A stretch of 64,000 bases of DNA from Bdellovibrionales bacterium (GTDB lineage Bacteria > Bdellovibrionota > Bdellovibrionia > Bdellovibrionales > UBA1609), in the NCBI GenBank assembly GCA_027317865.1, contig DAHVQG010000012.1, positions 1-64,000 on the forward strand, given 5' to 3'. The position numbers were made by a program, and so were the translations under genes. Positions 28,649 to 39,055 of this stretch are shown in pieces (positions within the stretch are counted from its first letter, which is position 1; every line of letters begins with the position of its first letter). The notes beneath the pieces are model-generated. The model had not been told where the DNA came from, ran no database searches, and worked only from the letters and a program-made list of their open reading frames with translations.

Positions 28649-30312
28649 ACGGTCACAATAACCTTTCATTCAACATTTATACTTTACTGGTTGTTTTGGC
28701 TCTCGGCCTATTTGGCTGCTCGAAAAGAAACCTTCAGCCTCTTAATGAAGCGTCGTCTTCGGTTATGGCCTACGGTACAGTGAATGCGAATTTTTGCACG
28801 AATCCACCGGCCCCGGCGGCGGAAAATGTGAAATATATTTTTATTCTCGATCACTCGGCTTCAAATCAACCCGGCTTTCCGCTGGTTACGGGCGACGTGA
28901 GCAACACAGACCCTATGGGCAGTCGTCGATATGGACCGATGATCAATTTTATTCAAAATCTTACCCCCGAACCAAATATGACAACGTCGTTCGCGCTTAT
29001 TGATTTTAACGACACCGCCTACCAACCCGGGACTTTGATCGGTTTTGATTCGAACGCAAGTACCTTTATTTCCACAGCGCAAACGGATTGGATCGGCAAC
29101 GGCACGGCATCCGCTCCATCGCCATACGACAAAGGTTTCACCAATTACCAATCGGCTTTGCAAATGGCGTTGCAACTCATTCAATCGGATTTACAAAGTC
29201 AGGCCGTGCTCGCGCAAACTCCTGTTGTCCAAGACCAATACCACATAATTTTTGTTAGCGACGGTGTCCCGACTGTATCGACGACCTCAGGCGGCACTTA
29301 TACCCAGACCTTTTCGGGTGACATCGAACCTGTCATTTCGTCCATTATGAATTTAAAGAGCAACCCTACTTTTGGTCCATATATTAGCAGCATTACCTTA
29401 AGCACCGCCTACTATTATAACGATGTGCAATTGCCCAACGCCGAAGCTCTTTTACAGCAAATGGCGCAAGCGGGTAACGGTCAATATCTTCAATTCGCCG
29501 CCGGACAAAATATTCTTTATCAACAGTTTGCGCCTCCAGTAACGAACATTCAAAATAAGCTTATGGATGTGTTAGTACAAAACGAAAACGGCGTGTGGTG
29601 GAGCAACGGCCAGTTCATGCAATCTACGGCCGGCGACGGTCTGCCTGACGCAATTAAAGAACAAATGGGCGCCAACCCCATGCTTAAAGATTCAGACGGA
29701 AACGGCGTCAGCGATTTTGTCGAATATTTACTTAACGGCAAACCCTGCCAAGACCCGAATTGTTCACACGCGGGCGCCAACCCGTATTCGGTTTGCGCTG
29801 GTATTCCACACACCACCGATGCAAACGGCGACATCCACTACATTTCATCAAGCAACGACGGGCTCAACGACTGCGAAAAGTATTTGCTCGACGCGAACGC
29901 CTCGACGTTTAACACCAACGGCGATTTGATCCCTGATCTTTTTGCTCTCGAGCAAGGTCTTCCGATTACGCCCGGTACCTCGTGGCAAGCATTTGCCGAC
30001 CCCTTTGGCGATGGCATCACAAATTACGACAAAATAAAACTCGGTTTACCGCTCTCTGTTTCAGATAAATCGCTTATAGGTTTTAAACAGCGGCAAACGA
30101 CTTTAGTTCCTGTACCGTCGTCAAACCCAGATGAAAGCTGTTACCGCTTGACCGTTAATAATGTCGCGCTGGCGGCTTTGAATAATACGATTCGAGTCAT
30201 TGTTGTGCAAGACAGTTCGGCTGGGCAAAGTAAACCGTTTATGACGAGTGCCGCAAAACAAATGGACCCGTCATCATTAAGCGTAAGCTTTGCACCGGGG
30301 GATTTTAATTAA
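28645..30312 (+). CDS. vWA + TSP3-like lipoprotein, MtsD/CglD-like (paralog)
   Basis: Lipobox LFGC. NFCT, DHSAS, TNY, FVSDG, GDGLPD, DSDGNGVSD, DGLNDCEK. ATGA overlap with the previous gene. Confidence 0.87.
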   Translation: MNGHNNLSFNIYTLLVVLALGLFGCSKRNLQPLNEASSSVMAYGTVNANFCTNPPAPAAENVKYIFILDHSASNQPGFPLVTGDVSNTDPMGSRRYGPMINFIQNLTPEPNMTTSFALIDFNDTAYQPGTLIGFDSNASTFISTAQTDWIGNGTASAPSPYDKGFTNYQSALQMALQLIQSDLQSQAVLAQTPVVQDQYHIIFVSDGVPTVSTTSGGTYTQTFSGDIEPVISSIMNLKSNPTFGPYISSITLSTAYYYNDVQLPNAEALLQQMAQAGNGQYLQFAAGQNILYQQFAPPVTNIQNKLMDVLVQNENGVWWSNGQFMQSTAGDGLPDAIKEQMGANPMLKDSDGNGVSDFVEYLLNGKPCQDPNCSHAGANPYSVCAGIPHTTDANGDIHYISSSNDGLNDCEKYLLDANASTFNTNGDLIPDLFALEQGLPITPGTSWQAFADPFGDGITNYDKIKLGLPLSVSDKSLIGFKQRQTTLVPVPSSNPDESCYRLTVNNVALAALNNTIRVIVVQDSSAGQSKPFMTSAAKQMDPSSLSVSFAPGDFN

Positions 30313-30368
30313 GTAATTTAATGCGCGAAGGGCGGCAATGCGAAACCGACGCGCGAAGGGGAGGAAGT

Positions 30369-31748
30369 ATGGGGAACAAAAAACAAACAATACGGAGGAC
30401 GCTTGTCATATTGCTGCTTACGCTGCCCGTTGCGTTCGTCTATAATGCCTGTAGCCGCTATCAGTCTGCTGGCGGAATAAACCAAAGCTCCGGCGCATCG
30501 ACGAGTAATCTAAATTATCTAACTGGCAAAATGCAGATGAGCCTTGTCAATGCCAGTGGAAATTTGATTTACTCCGACGCGGCCACCGGTGGCTCACTGA
30601 CATTTAAAGCGAACACCAATTACGGATTAAACTTAAACGTCACGGGTTATCCAGCAAATACGCAGTACTCGCTGGAGATGACCCAGACGGATGTGGTTAA
30701 TGGAACAACTGTCACTGTTCCGCTCACCGCCGGCTTAAACTCATTCACGGTGCCTACCCAAGGTGATTACTCGTGGAAGCTCATGGCCTCCGCACCGGGT
30801 TACCAGTCGCAAACTAAATTTTATTTGGCCAACGTAACCTGCCAAAACCCGACGTTTACGCAGTCGAGTCTTGACCCTGCGGCGCTTACCGTCAGTCAAG
30901 GTAGCGGCACCAACCTCTACAACTTTTCAGCCGCTAACGTGGTCGCAAACGCAAACGGAATGCGTCCATATGAATGTGCGTTTGACCCGACTGGCACCGG
31001 AATTGTCGATACGAGCTGGCAGAATTGCACCCAAGCGTTCAATAACTTTTACGTCAACTACGTGAGCACACGAAATGTCGGCGTCATTGTCAAAGACGCG
31101 TGCAACACGACTTATGCCGTGTCTGCGCCAGTTCAACTCACCTACACCGAACCCACTATGCCCGGAAACGTCTTCATCTTTGGCCAAATTTCAAACGCGA
31201 CGGGTACGGCAAAGGGCGACTCGCGAGTTGACAACGTGACCTATCTCGCAACAAATTCGGGAGGTAACGATATTGTTCAACCCCACTACAGCAGCGGCTC
31301 GTTTCAAATTACATCTTCGCAAAACTACGGTATGCCTTCGAGTTCATCGTTCGGAGTTCAGATTAATGTTAAGGGCATTCAAGATTCGCTCAATGTCTCA
31401 ACAATGACGGGAACGGTAAACGCAAGTAACGCCTATATTTCGTCACTCAGCTACACGACAGACGAAGCCGGAGATGCCAAACCGCCTCTTGATTTCAACA
31501 GCACGAATTGCACCTTGAGCAATCAAGGCGCCAAAGTGTTGTTTACAGCGGGAACACCGTGTTCAAGCGGCACGGCTGGCGATCAAAACAAGGCAACCGT
31601 TGAAGTCTGGGGACATTATCAGTGCACGATTTCGGATGTCAGCGGCGGCGCACAAATCACCGGCGATTTCGACGGTTATACCCACTTAGTTGATAACTGC
31701 TCCGGCGGTGGTGGTGGCGGCGGCGGCATTGAACCGATTCAACTTTAG
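30369..31748 (+). CDS. Ser/Thr/Asn/Gly-rich beta-strand lipoprotein (putative surface adhesin)
   Basis: ATG at 30369 after GGAGG. VYNAC lipobox, paired Cys, Gly8 before C-terminal IEPIQL. Confidence 0.8.
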   Translation: MGNKKQTIRRTLVILLLTLPVAFVYNACSRYQSAGGINQSSGASTSNLNYLTGKMQMSLVNASGNLIYSDAATGGSLTFKANTNYGLNLNVTGYPANTQYSLEMTQTDVVNGTTVTVPLTAGLNSFTVPTQGDYSWKLMASAPGYQSQTKFYLANVTCQNPTFTQSSLDPAALTVSQGSGTNLYNFSAANVVANANGMRPYECAFDPTGTGIVDTSWQNCTQAFNNFYVNYVSTRNVGVIVKDACNTTYAVSAPVQLTYTEPTMPGNVFIFGQISNATGTAKGDSRVDNVTYLATNSGGNDIVQPHYSSGSFQITSSQNYGMPSSSSFGVQINVKGIQDSLNVSTMTGTVNASNAYISSLSYTTDEAGDAKPPLDFNSTNCTLSNQGAKVLFTAGTPCSSGTAGDQNKATVEVWGHYQCTISDVSGGAQITGDFDGYTHLVDNCSGGGGGGGGIEPIQL

Positions 31749-31862
31749 TCATTGCACACGGCCTTGAAAGAAACGCGAAATAGGCGAGATGTGGAGAACC
31801 ACGTCTCGCCGTTTTTAATCGGCGCTGAATATTTTCAATAAGCAATGAATTCCGCGCACAGT

Positions 31863-32585
31863 TTAATAAAGAAACGAAAACTCAAGCATGTAAACAAGCT
31901 GCGCGCCGATCAAATTATGGTTTCCGGTTATGCTGGGATCATCATATAAATAAATCCAATTTTGCGCGGTCTTTGTCGTGGAATACGTTTCTTGGTAGGC
32001 CATTTCATTGATTTGAATATAATAATTCTTTTTGTACGGGTAAGTCTCAGACACCATCGCACCATAAATTAAACCATGCGAAGAAAACGGCTGATCTTTT
32101 GTCTCAAGGTCCGTCGTGGGGCTCACGATATGCGACCCCACTTTCGGAAAGCTCACAAACTCAAAACCCAAGAGTGGCCCGGCGCTTAATGTATCGGTAA
32201 TCCGGTATTTCGCGGCCGAACGAAATGTAAAATCATCTGATTCAAATTCGCTCGATTGCGCTCGCGTGACCGCATACGATGCATTCAAAAGTTCAATATC
32301 CCAGTTCGCGGTTAAATAATGGACCTGAAAAAAATCGGCGGCGAAAATATAACGGTTTGACGCAAATCCGATCGGGCTCAACCCCATACCCAAATAAAAA
32401 CCGGATTTTGGCGGCTTAAATACATATTGCTTGAGATTCGGAAACTTCTGCAAAAATGATTTCGCTGTCACTGCCGTTGTGCCGTCCGAATCCGATTTCG
32501 CGTCAGCATGAGCCAAACATGTACAGGTTAGCAAGGCACAAAAAATAAATAAGAAGAAAAACGTGCGCTTAAGATTGCCGGCCAT
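31863..32585 (-). CDS. Putative outer-membrane beta-barrel protein
   Basis: Signal peptide (AHA), alternating amphipathic strands, C-terminal LEFSFLY. Coupled to the upstream TPR gene. Confidence 0.7.
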   Translation of the reverse strand: MAGNLKRTFFFLFIFCALLTCTCLAHADAKSDSDGTTAVTAKSFLQKFPNLKQYVFKPPKSGFYLGMGLSPIGFASNRYIFAADFFQVHYLTANWDIELLNASYAVTRAQSSEFESDDFTFRSAAKYRITDTLSAGPLLGFEFVSFPKVGSHIVSPTTDLETKDQPFSSHGLIYGAMVSETYPYKKNYYIQINEMAYQETYSTTKTAQNWIYLYDDPSITGNHNLIGAQLVYMLEFSFLY

Positions 32586-35500
32586 CACAGGTGACCCTCC
32601 AGCCGAGAAATCGTATCTTCGCAACTTCGTTTATACCCACCGGCATCGCTTGCGGTGCTTAGAATGTAATTTGCTTCACCGAGCAACCCCATCTCCAGAA
32701 TTGAACAACCCAGTATTGATTTGAATTTGCCCTTACCACCCTCGAATTGCGACATGCCGTAAACGGAAACTGCGGCGGCAAAGTTCCAGTCATGATAGCC
32801 ATAGTACGTTCGAGCAATTTTATAATACCGCTGCCAATGTGAATGATCGGCAAAGAGATTTTTTTCTTGTTGCATCAGACTGCGCGAAAACGGGTCACGA
32901 GTCATTTCTCGATTGTTCACGAGCCGCGGCCAGCTCAGCGCTTGCTGCAATGAAGGCAATACGCCGCGTGCGCAGGCAATGTTAATCGGCGAAATTAAAG
33001 AGGCTGCCGAAATTATTTTGTGACACCGGTTCTGGCTCGTCCGCGCTTCACGCAGACTTTGCGTAGCTTGGGTCATAATAATTCCCCGAACCTGAGGAGC
33101 ACTATGCTCGGCGGCGACCCTTAAAAACTGGCTGAGGCGCGCAAGAACGTGCGCGTCGGCCAAAGCGACTAAAATATCCATTTCGGGATCACCACCGCCG
33201 GAATAAGCGTTGATTTCAGAAAGTAGGCCATGACCGGCGGCAGCAACCGTCGACAAATTTGCCATAGTGGGAGCGGTTTCGCCGACTTGCCGGTCAAAAT
33301 TTCGAATTCTCATTTCAATGTTCGGCCAGTTGTACCATCGGCAAAGATTTGTCGATATCGAAGCGCGACAACGGTTTGCCACTCTTTCAAGAACATTGCG
33401 GCGGGAATTCGGCGAAAGTCGAAACTGCGCTTTAAACAGCGACAATAAATCCGCGTCGCTATTAGACCAATTCATGAAACTCGTAACAAGCGCTCCCGGC
33501 ACGAACACGGGAGAACTCAATAAGCTGCGTATCTCATGCTGAAAAACAGTTTGCGTTGCCGTCGATACATTCCGCATAAGAAAGCTCGACGAGAGCTGCG
33601 CGACAAGCGGAAAATCCCGCAACATCAGCGCCAGTTTTAAACTCTTTTCAAAGATTTGTTGCCGAATTGCGGGCGGAGTTTCACGGTTCAAAATAATTGC
33701 CCGCCAAATACTCAGCGTTTCGTAATACCGGGTGATGGCAAGCGTCTCGTTAGCCATCGAACTGAGGATGTCGGCCTTCTGAACCGGATTTCTTTGCGAA
33801 TTTGCAATCGTGTAACCGGCGCGCAAAAAAGTGTTTATATCTTTTTCTTCTTTACTTCTCGCAAGCGCTTCTTTCAATGCCACCGAACGAAGAGACGAAT
33901 TTCGCATCGAAAGCGCAGCCTGCAAATAACTGCGCCCTTGGTTAAATAAATTGTAGCCATGGGCTGTCTCGACGTCTTTATCCAACCGGTTAAGTAACGC
34001 CTTAGAATGCACATTCTTGAGATACGCACGCAAACTGGGGTTCGGCAAATGAAGCGCGAGCAAACGCTGGCTCCAGTATATCAATTCCTTAAAATTTGCC
34101 GTGGTATTGTAGTAATTCAAAATTAAATCGGCGGCATCGCGGGTTTTTGGCGTATTCGGAAAACGCCTCACGTAATTGTACAAATCGTTTAGCGCGTACC
34201 TGTAATAACCCTGATCGTAAACCGTTTTTGCCAATGTAAAATTCAGCTGCGGGCTATTTCTCTGTCGAGGGTCAAGCATCATATATTGGTGAATGGCCTG
34301 GATGAGCAAACCCTTCGTTCTAAGTTGTTTGTAAAACGAATAGTCGGCGGGTTTCTGTAGGGCGAGAATCGCGTTTTGCAGAAGTTTTGCTCGAGAAATC
34401 GGCTTGCCGAACTCCCCGTCATAAACCCTTAAATAATAAGAGCCGCTGTTAAAATAATCGTGTTCGTTAAAATAGACGCCCGCTAAATCGATAGCGACTT
34501 TAACCGCTTCTGGCCCGCGGCCGAAAAACCCCAAATACAACAAGTAAAAATCTTCAGCCCGCTTGTATAATTGCTGACGAATGACCGGATTTTTTTCGCC
34601 CTTGGCAAGTTCGTGTGCATGTGTTCCGAGTTCGCGAATCTGTTTTTCAAAAAAATTATAGGCTTGGAATCGCGTTTGGCGCGACATCGCGTAATGGGTA
34701 TTCCAATAGTTGTATTTCTCAAGAACAAACCGCATTTCACGAACCGGAATATTAATCCGCGCATTAAGCGGAATCCGGCGCAACACCTCATGATAAATAT
34801 TAACTATGCGCTCTGGGTCGTGAAGACGCTCACAGTAAGTTCGCAACAAATTGATCGCAAAGTTGTACTGTCGCAAAAAGATATAGCGGTACGAAAGCTT
34901 TTCGATGGTCTCTTGAAACAGTTCCTCTGTGGGAGCGATTTTAGAGTAATAGGCCACCGGATGGGGATTCTTTTTAAACACCTCCGTAAATGCACGAATC
35001 GAGTCGATAAGCGCTTCACGCTTCAAGTCGATTCCGATCACGGTGTTTTGCGGAAGAAATGAACTCTGCGTACTGTCCTTGGCCAACTCGCTGTCTGTGG
35101 CTACCTCACTAAAAAATTTCAACGCCTGTTTGGGGTGGCTTTGTTCGAGCGCAATAAGCCCGAGCCGATACCGGGCGGCATCGCGGTCATAGGGATATTT
35201 TGAATATTGCACGCTCTCAAGAAACTTCCGCGATTCGTTATATTCCTGCTGGCTGAAAAAATATTGGCCGAGAAGCAAGCGGGACTGGATCGCTTCTTTT
35301 GAATTCGGAAAGCGCTTGATCAACTCATTCGCCGTAGCCACGAAAGCCGGCCCCTCGTCGATTGATTTCTCACCCGAAGCAAGGCGAAATAAAACTTGTT
35401 TTGTCGCATCGAATTTGGGGAAGTCCCGCAAAATTTGTTGATAAACCGCGATCGCCTTTTGCTCCGCAATCACGACAGGAGAAAATTTTTGCGATTCAAG

Positions 35501-35821
35501 GGACTTTGCGTTCGCCCCTTTGTTTCGCTCCATCTCAAGATAAAATAACGTCGTTGATTTTGTCGAAAGCAGATCGCCCAATTGAAGATAAAGATTCGCC
35601 AGAAACGGGGCGCTTTGATTTTCAGTGATTTGTTTACGAAGAATTTTTACCGACTTGTCGGTTCGAGTAAGCATTTCGTAAAGCTTTTTTTGAAACTCCG
35701 CATCGCTTAAATGTTGAGATTTAAGCGATGATATCGCCTCGCTCGGCGTTGTCGACGAGCCGCTTGCCGCTAAAACGGCTATTGGCAAAAAAGTAATCAA
35801 AATCGCGCAAATCAGTCGCAT
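32585..35821 (-). CDS. Large periplasmic TPR protein, GltD/AgmU-like
   Basis: Signal peptide. LYLQLGDLL..KS..LFYLEM, KAIAVYQQILRDFPKF...VLFRLA and further TPRs. Context with gltC/gltA/aglRQS-like genes. Confidence 0.8.
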   Translation of the reverse strand: MRLICAILITFLPIAVLAASGSSTTPSEAISSLKSQHLSDAEFQKKLYEMLTRTDKSVKILRKQITENQSAPFLANLYLQLGDLLSTKSTTLFYLEMERNKGANAKSLESQKFSPVVIAEQKAIAVYQQILRDFPKFDATKQVLFRLASGEKSIDEGPAFVATANELIKRFPNSKEAIQSRLLLGQYFFSQQEYNESRKFLESVQYSKYPYDRDAARYRLGLIALEQSHPKQALKFFSEVATDSELAKDSTQSSFLPQNTVIGIDLKREALIDSIRAFTEVFKKNPHPVAYYSKIAPTEELFQETIEKLSYRYIFLRQYNFAINLLRTYCERLHDPERIVNIYHEVLRRIPLNARINIPVREMRFVLEKYNYWNTHYAMSRQTRFQAYNFFEKQIRELGTHAHELAKGEKNPVIRQQLYKRAEDFYLLYLGFFGRGPEAVKVAIDLAGVYFNEHDYFNSGSYYLRVYDGEFGKPISRAKLLQNAILALQKPADYSFYKQLRTKGLLIQAIHQYMMLDPRQRNSPQLNFTLAKTVYDQGYYRYALNDLYNYVRRFPNTPKTRDAADLILNYYNTTANFKELIYWSQRLLALHLPNPSLRAYLKNVHSKALLNRLDKDVETAHGYNLFNQGRSYLQAALSMRNSSLRSVALKEALARSKEEKDINTFLRAGYTIANSQRNPVQKADILSSMANETLAITRYYETLSIWRAIILNRETPPAIRQQIFEKSLKLALMLRDFPLVAQLSSSFLMRNVSTATQTVFQHEIRSLLSSPVFVPGALVTSFMNWSNSDADLLSLFKAQFRLSPNSRRNVLERVANRCRASISTNLCRWYNWPNIEMRIRNFDRQVGETAPTMANLSTVAAAGHGLLSEINAYSGGGDPEMDILVALADAHVLARLSQFLRVAAEHSAPQVRGIIMTQATQSLREARTSQNRCHKIISAASLISPINIACARGVLPSLQQALSWPRLVNNREMTRDPFSRSLMQQEKNLFADHSHWQRYYKIARTYYGYHDWNFAAAVSVYGMSQFEGGKGKFKSILGCSILEMGLLGEANYILSTASDAGGYKRSCEDTISRLEGHL

Positions 35822-37158
35822 TTGTTTTTGAGTGTTCCCTTGTAACTCAGCCGCTCATCGCGCCAATAATCGCCCCATTGCGGCCAATGAATAATAAAAT
35901 TATTTTTGTTGGTTTCAAGTAGCACAGGGTTCTTAACCGGTTTTTCTTTAAAAACCGTATTCGGATTGTATTGCGAGCGCATCACGTCAAATTGCAAAAA
36001 TTTAAGACTTTCGCCTAAAATAACCAGTCGCTGCGCCGCCGTTTCGAGAGCCTGCGTTCGGTAAAGATTTTCAGTGCGCAGGTACATGTGAAACGCGGTG
36101 ACGTACACGTATTTGGCAACCGGGCGAAGTCGGCGCGGCAATTTAGAAACGGACCGAAACTCTTTTTTAAGCTCCCGAATGCTTTTTATCTCTTGCTCAT
36201 ATTTGATTTCGTTGGCGTTCACAATTCTATTTAGTACGACAAAACGCGAGAGCGGCTCACCTATTTTTATCCCAAAAATGGTTTTGCCGTATTCGCGATT
36301 GAATTTTTTGATCAGCGCGTGAGTCGCTTTATAAGAGCACATCTTGCGATAAATGAGTGCGCGCAAAATATATTTTTCAAGATAAATATTGCGCCCCGCC
36401 GCTTTCGATTCAAGATTATAAAGAAGCCCCAATGCTTTGTTATATTTCTTGAGACGGTAAAGGCTCCAAGCGGCTTCGAGCCAATCTTCGGGGCTGATTG
36501 GATTTGTCTTCAACAAAAACGTTTCGTAAATTTCGGCCGACTCTTTATATTTCTTTTGTTGATAATCAATGCGTGCCAAAGTGCGAGCGGCCTTCTTTGC
36601 CAAATCGAAATTGCCCGGGCCCTTGATGAGTTTCAACATTTTGTTAATTGACGCCTTTGCCTTCTTGAGATGCCCCCCCGCGTATTCTTGCAATGCTTGA
36701 AAAAAAAGATATTTCGGAAAGTTTTTTTTATTTATTTTATTAAAATAGTAATCCGCCCACTTCTTCATTCCGTCGTTGAGATTGACGATGCCTTTGTAGA
36801 GAAAATAGCTCTGGCTAAACTCGCTCTTCTTTGCCGGCTCGATATCACCCGGAACAAAATACGCTCGCGTCGAAAACGGGTACCCGAGGTCAATGAGTTG
36901 CACAATTGTCTTATATGCTAGCCGTTTTGTTGGCAGATCATCAAAAAAATTAATCATGTCTGAAGCCGCGGCCAATGCCCCGTAATACATGTGGTGTTTC
37001 ATCAATTTTGGAACAAGCTGCTGCCACAACCTGGAATCATTTACGTCATGCGGAACAACGCTGCGCCATCCGGACGAATTCTTGGCTCGCGCCATTACGG
37101 CAAACCCCGGGTAAGCAAACAGGCTCAGACACAAAATGAGGACAATGTTAATACGCAT
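35812..37158 (-). CDS. TPR protein, GltC-like
   Basis: TPRs (WLEAAWSLYRL..YNKALGLL) and C-terminal HWPQWGDYWRDE.LSY....NKC resembling the GltC WPF.GEYW.DE motif. Confidence 0.8.
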   Translation of the reverse strand: MRINIVLILCLSLFAYPGFAVMARAKNSSGWRSVVPHDVNDSRLWQQLVPKLMKHHMYYGALAAASDMINFFDDLPTKRLAYKTIVQLIDLGYPFSTRAYFVPGDIEPAKKSEFSQSYFLYKGIVNLNDGMKKWADYYFNKINKKNFPKYLFFQALQEYAGGHLKKAKASINKMLKLIKGPGNFDLAKKAARTLARIDYQQKKYKESAEIYETFLLKTNPISPEDWLEAAWSLYRLKKYNKALGLLYNLESKAAGRNIYLEKYILRALIYRKMCSYKATHALIKKFNREYGKTIFGIKIGEPLSRFVVLNRIVNANEIKYEQEIKSIRELKKEFRSVSKLPRRLRPVAKYVYVTAFHMYLRTENLYRTQALETAAQRLVILGESLKFLQFDVMRSQYNPNTVFKEKPVKNPVLLETNKNNFIIHWPQWGDYWRDERLSYKGTLKNKCD

Positions 37159-37789
37159 AGGCAGTGCCGAATATAAATGCCAAATTGTTATGCATGCTGC
37201 CGAAAGGATAAAGGTAACGAGCCTCGACCCTCCACGAGAAATTGTTATTGACGAAAGACTCGAAGCGCCAGCCTAAATTCACCCCCACAGTGGATTCTTG
37301 ATTCGAAATGACGAGCGCGGGGCCTGCCAAAAAAGAACTGCGAAAATATCGAATATATTTAGTAAGAAAAATGGTCTTGCCGTAGGCAAACGTATAATTG
37401 AGATTCGATGCAAGTACAAAATTGAGCCGTTCGATGCTCTGAGGTTGAACATGGTATTTGTCAGCCAGTTCGGAAGTCAGCCCCGAATCCACTGCATAAA
37501 TGTAATCGAGCGAGCCGACATCCCATGAATAAGTTTTATTTAGATAGCGGGTGTAAGTAAGATCGACGCTAAAACCGTTGTAATACGGATCAAGCGGCCA
37601 AATCCCCAAACCGTAAAACATCTGTTGCGATTTCGGGTTTAGGTAAGTTTGCACAGCTTGGATTTTAACGCCGTCAAGAGGCTTCACGCCTTTGAGGGCC
37701 GGCTTTTTTTTGGCCGCGGCCGGGACAGCACTTAACATAATTGCGAAAAACAATGACGTAATTGTTGAGAGAGAAATCAAACATCGCAT
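37148..37789 (-). CDS. Outer-membrane beta-barrel, GltA/GltB-like
   Basis: Signal peptide. AVQ.....K...GIWPLDPYY...YTRYLN..YSW, FAYGK, amphipathic strands ending FGTAYAY. Confidence 0.8.
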   Translation of the reverse strand: MRCLISLSTITSLFFAIMLSAVPAAAKKKPALKGVKPLDGVKIQAVQTYLNPKSQQMFYGLGIWPLDPYYNGFSVDLTYTRYLNKTYSWDVGSLDYIYAVDSGLTSELADKYHVQPQSIERLNFVLASNLNYTFAYGKTIFLTKYIRYFRSSFLAGPALVISNQESTVGVNLGWRFESFVNNNFSWRVEARYLYPFGSMHNNLAFIFGTAYAY

Positions 37790-37937
37790 ATAAGTCAGTG
37801 TGAAAAATTGCGCCGGGTCTGGCAAGCCTTACTCGTGTATAAAGATATGACGCCTGACCATAGTCTTTTCAGTTTTTACGCTTGATCTCATTGTGAAACA
37901 AAAAACACCTGTAATTTCAATATGTTATATCGCGTGC

Positions 37938-37954
37938 ACGGCACCGAATTTGCA
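37938..37954 (+). promoter_or_regulatory. Sigma54 (-24/-12) promoter of the gltF-aglRQS-gltG-like operon
   Basis: ACGGCACCGAATTTGCA = GG-N10-GC with GGCAC and TTGCA. IHF-like TTTCAATATGTTA just upstream. Confidence 0.7.
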
Positions 37955-38021
37955 GCATATTTATTGTAACGAAAGAACTCATCCACAAAGCGAATCGGAA
38001 ACACATTCGGGGAGGGTATTA

Positions 38022-38318
38022 ATGAATTCTGCAAAATCTCAAGACTTCATGCCGTCGGCGTTCATTAGGTGGCCCCTTTTAACAGCGGCAATATTCCTCT
38101 TCGCGACCGTCGCGTCAGCAACCCCGGCGCGATACATGCCAAATAATTACAATAATCGCGCGCCGTCATCTCTGCCCGGCGCAGGTCAATCGTTTCAAAT
38201 TCGCGGTCAAACGCGCAACCTCAACATGATGCTCGTCTTAAAAAACGGAAAAGACGAAATCAATTTTATAAAACCTCGCAGAAATTACCGTGCGAAGGTC
38301 CTGGCCACCCAATTCTAG
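38022..38318 (+). CDS. Small exported protein, GltF/CglF-like
   Basis: ATG at 38022 after GGGAGG. Signal peptide. C-terminal IRGQ...FIKPRRNYRAKVL resembles GltF; sits before the aglR-like gene. Confidence 0.65.
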   Translation: MNSAKSQDFMPSAFIRWPLLTAAIFLFATVASATPARYMPNNYNNRAPSSLPGAGQSFQIRGQTRNLNMMLVLKNGKDEINFIKPRRNYRAKVLATQF

Positions 38319-38371
38319 CCTAGACTCCGTTTTTCTTCATTATGATACTGAAGCGGATATGAGGTGGCACT

Positions 38372-39055
38372 ATGTCGTTAATGCAGTTTATCGCCAAAAA
38401 CTTTTGGCACGTTTTCCCAATTTTGTTGTGCGGGGCCGCTGCGGTTCTCATCATAGTTGAGCGATCAGCCGCTCTCGGATGGGCTTATCCGATGGAAAAC
38501 ATGGATGGGTTCTTTGAGCGTATCCGAAACATGATCTTGAGAAACAGCATTCAAGAAGCCATCGCGTTTTGCGAACGATTTCGCACAAAACCTGTCGCTC
38601 GTGTCGTACGCGAAGGTCTGATTCGGGCCCATCAACCCGAACACCTCATTGAAAACGGTTTACAAATCGCGGTGGGCGAAGCGTCTGAAAAAATCCAAGT
38701 ACGAACTCCGTTTTTAGCGACGCTCGCCAACGTCTCCACCTTGTTTGGTTTGCTCGGTACGATCATCGGTCTTGTGGAGTCGTTTCAGGCAGTCGGTCAA
38801 GCGGTTGCGCAACAACGTGCCGCCTTGCTCGCAAACGGTATTTCGACCGCGATGAACTCAACGATGATGGGTCTTGCCGTTGCGATACCCAGCATGATCG
38901 CCTATTCGATACTCATGGCCCGCACCAATAAGGTCACCGGGCAAATCGAACAGAGTGCGGTTCGCACCATGGACATTCTGCAACAAAGCTATTTTAACGC
39001 GAAAAGCGGCGACGTTCCACCCAACGAGCACAACCCCCGACGGAAAAGCAAATGA
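38372..39055 (+). CDS. MotA/TolQ/ExbB proton channel, AglR-like
   Basis: IIVER, LATLANVSTLFGLLGTIIGL..SF, GISTAMNSTMMGLAVAIP. Confidence 0.92.
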   Translation: MSLMQFIAKNFWHVFPILLCGAAAVLIIVERSAALGWAYPMENMDGFFERIRNMILRNSIQEAIAFCERFRTKPVARVVREGLIRAHQPEHLIENGLQIAVGEASEKIQVRTPFLATLANVSTLFGLLGTIIGLVESFQAVGQAVAQQRAALLANGISTAMNSTMMGLAVAIPSMIAYSILMARTNKVTGQIEQSAVRTMDILQQSYFNAKSGDVPPNEHNPRRKSK

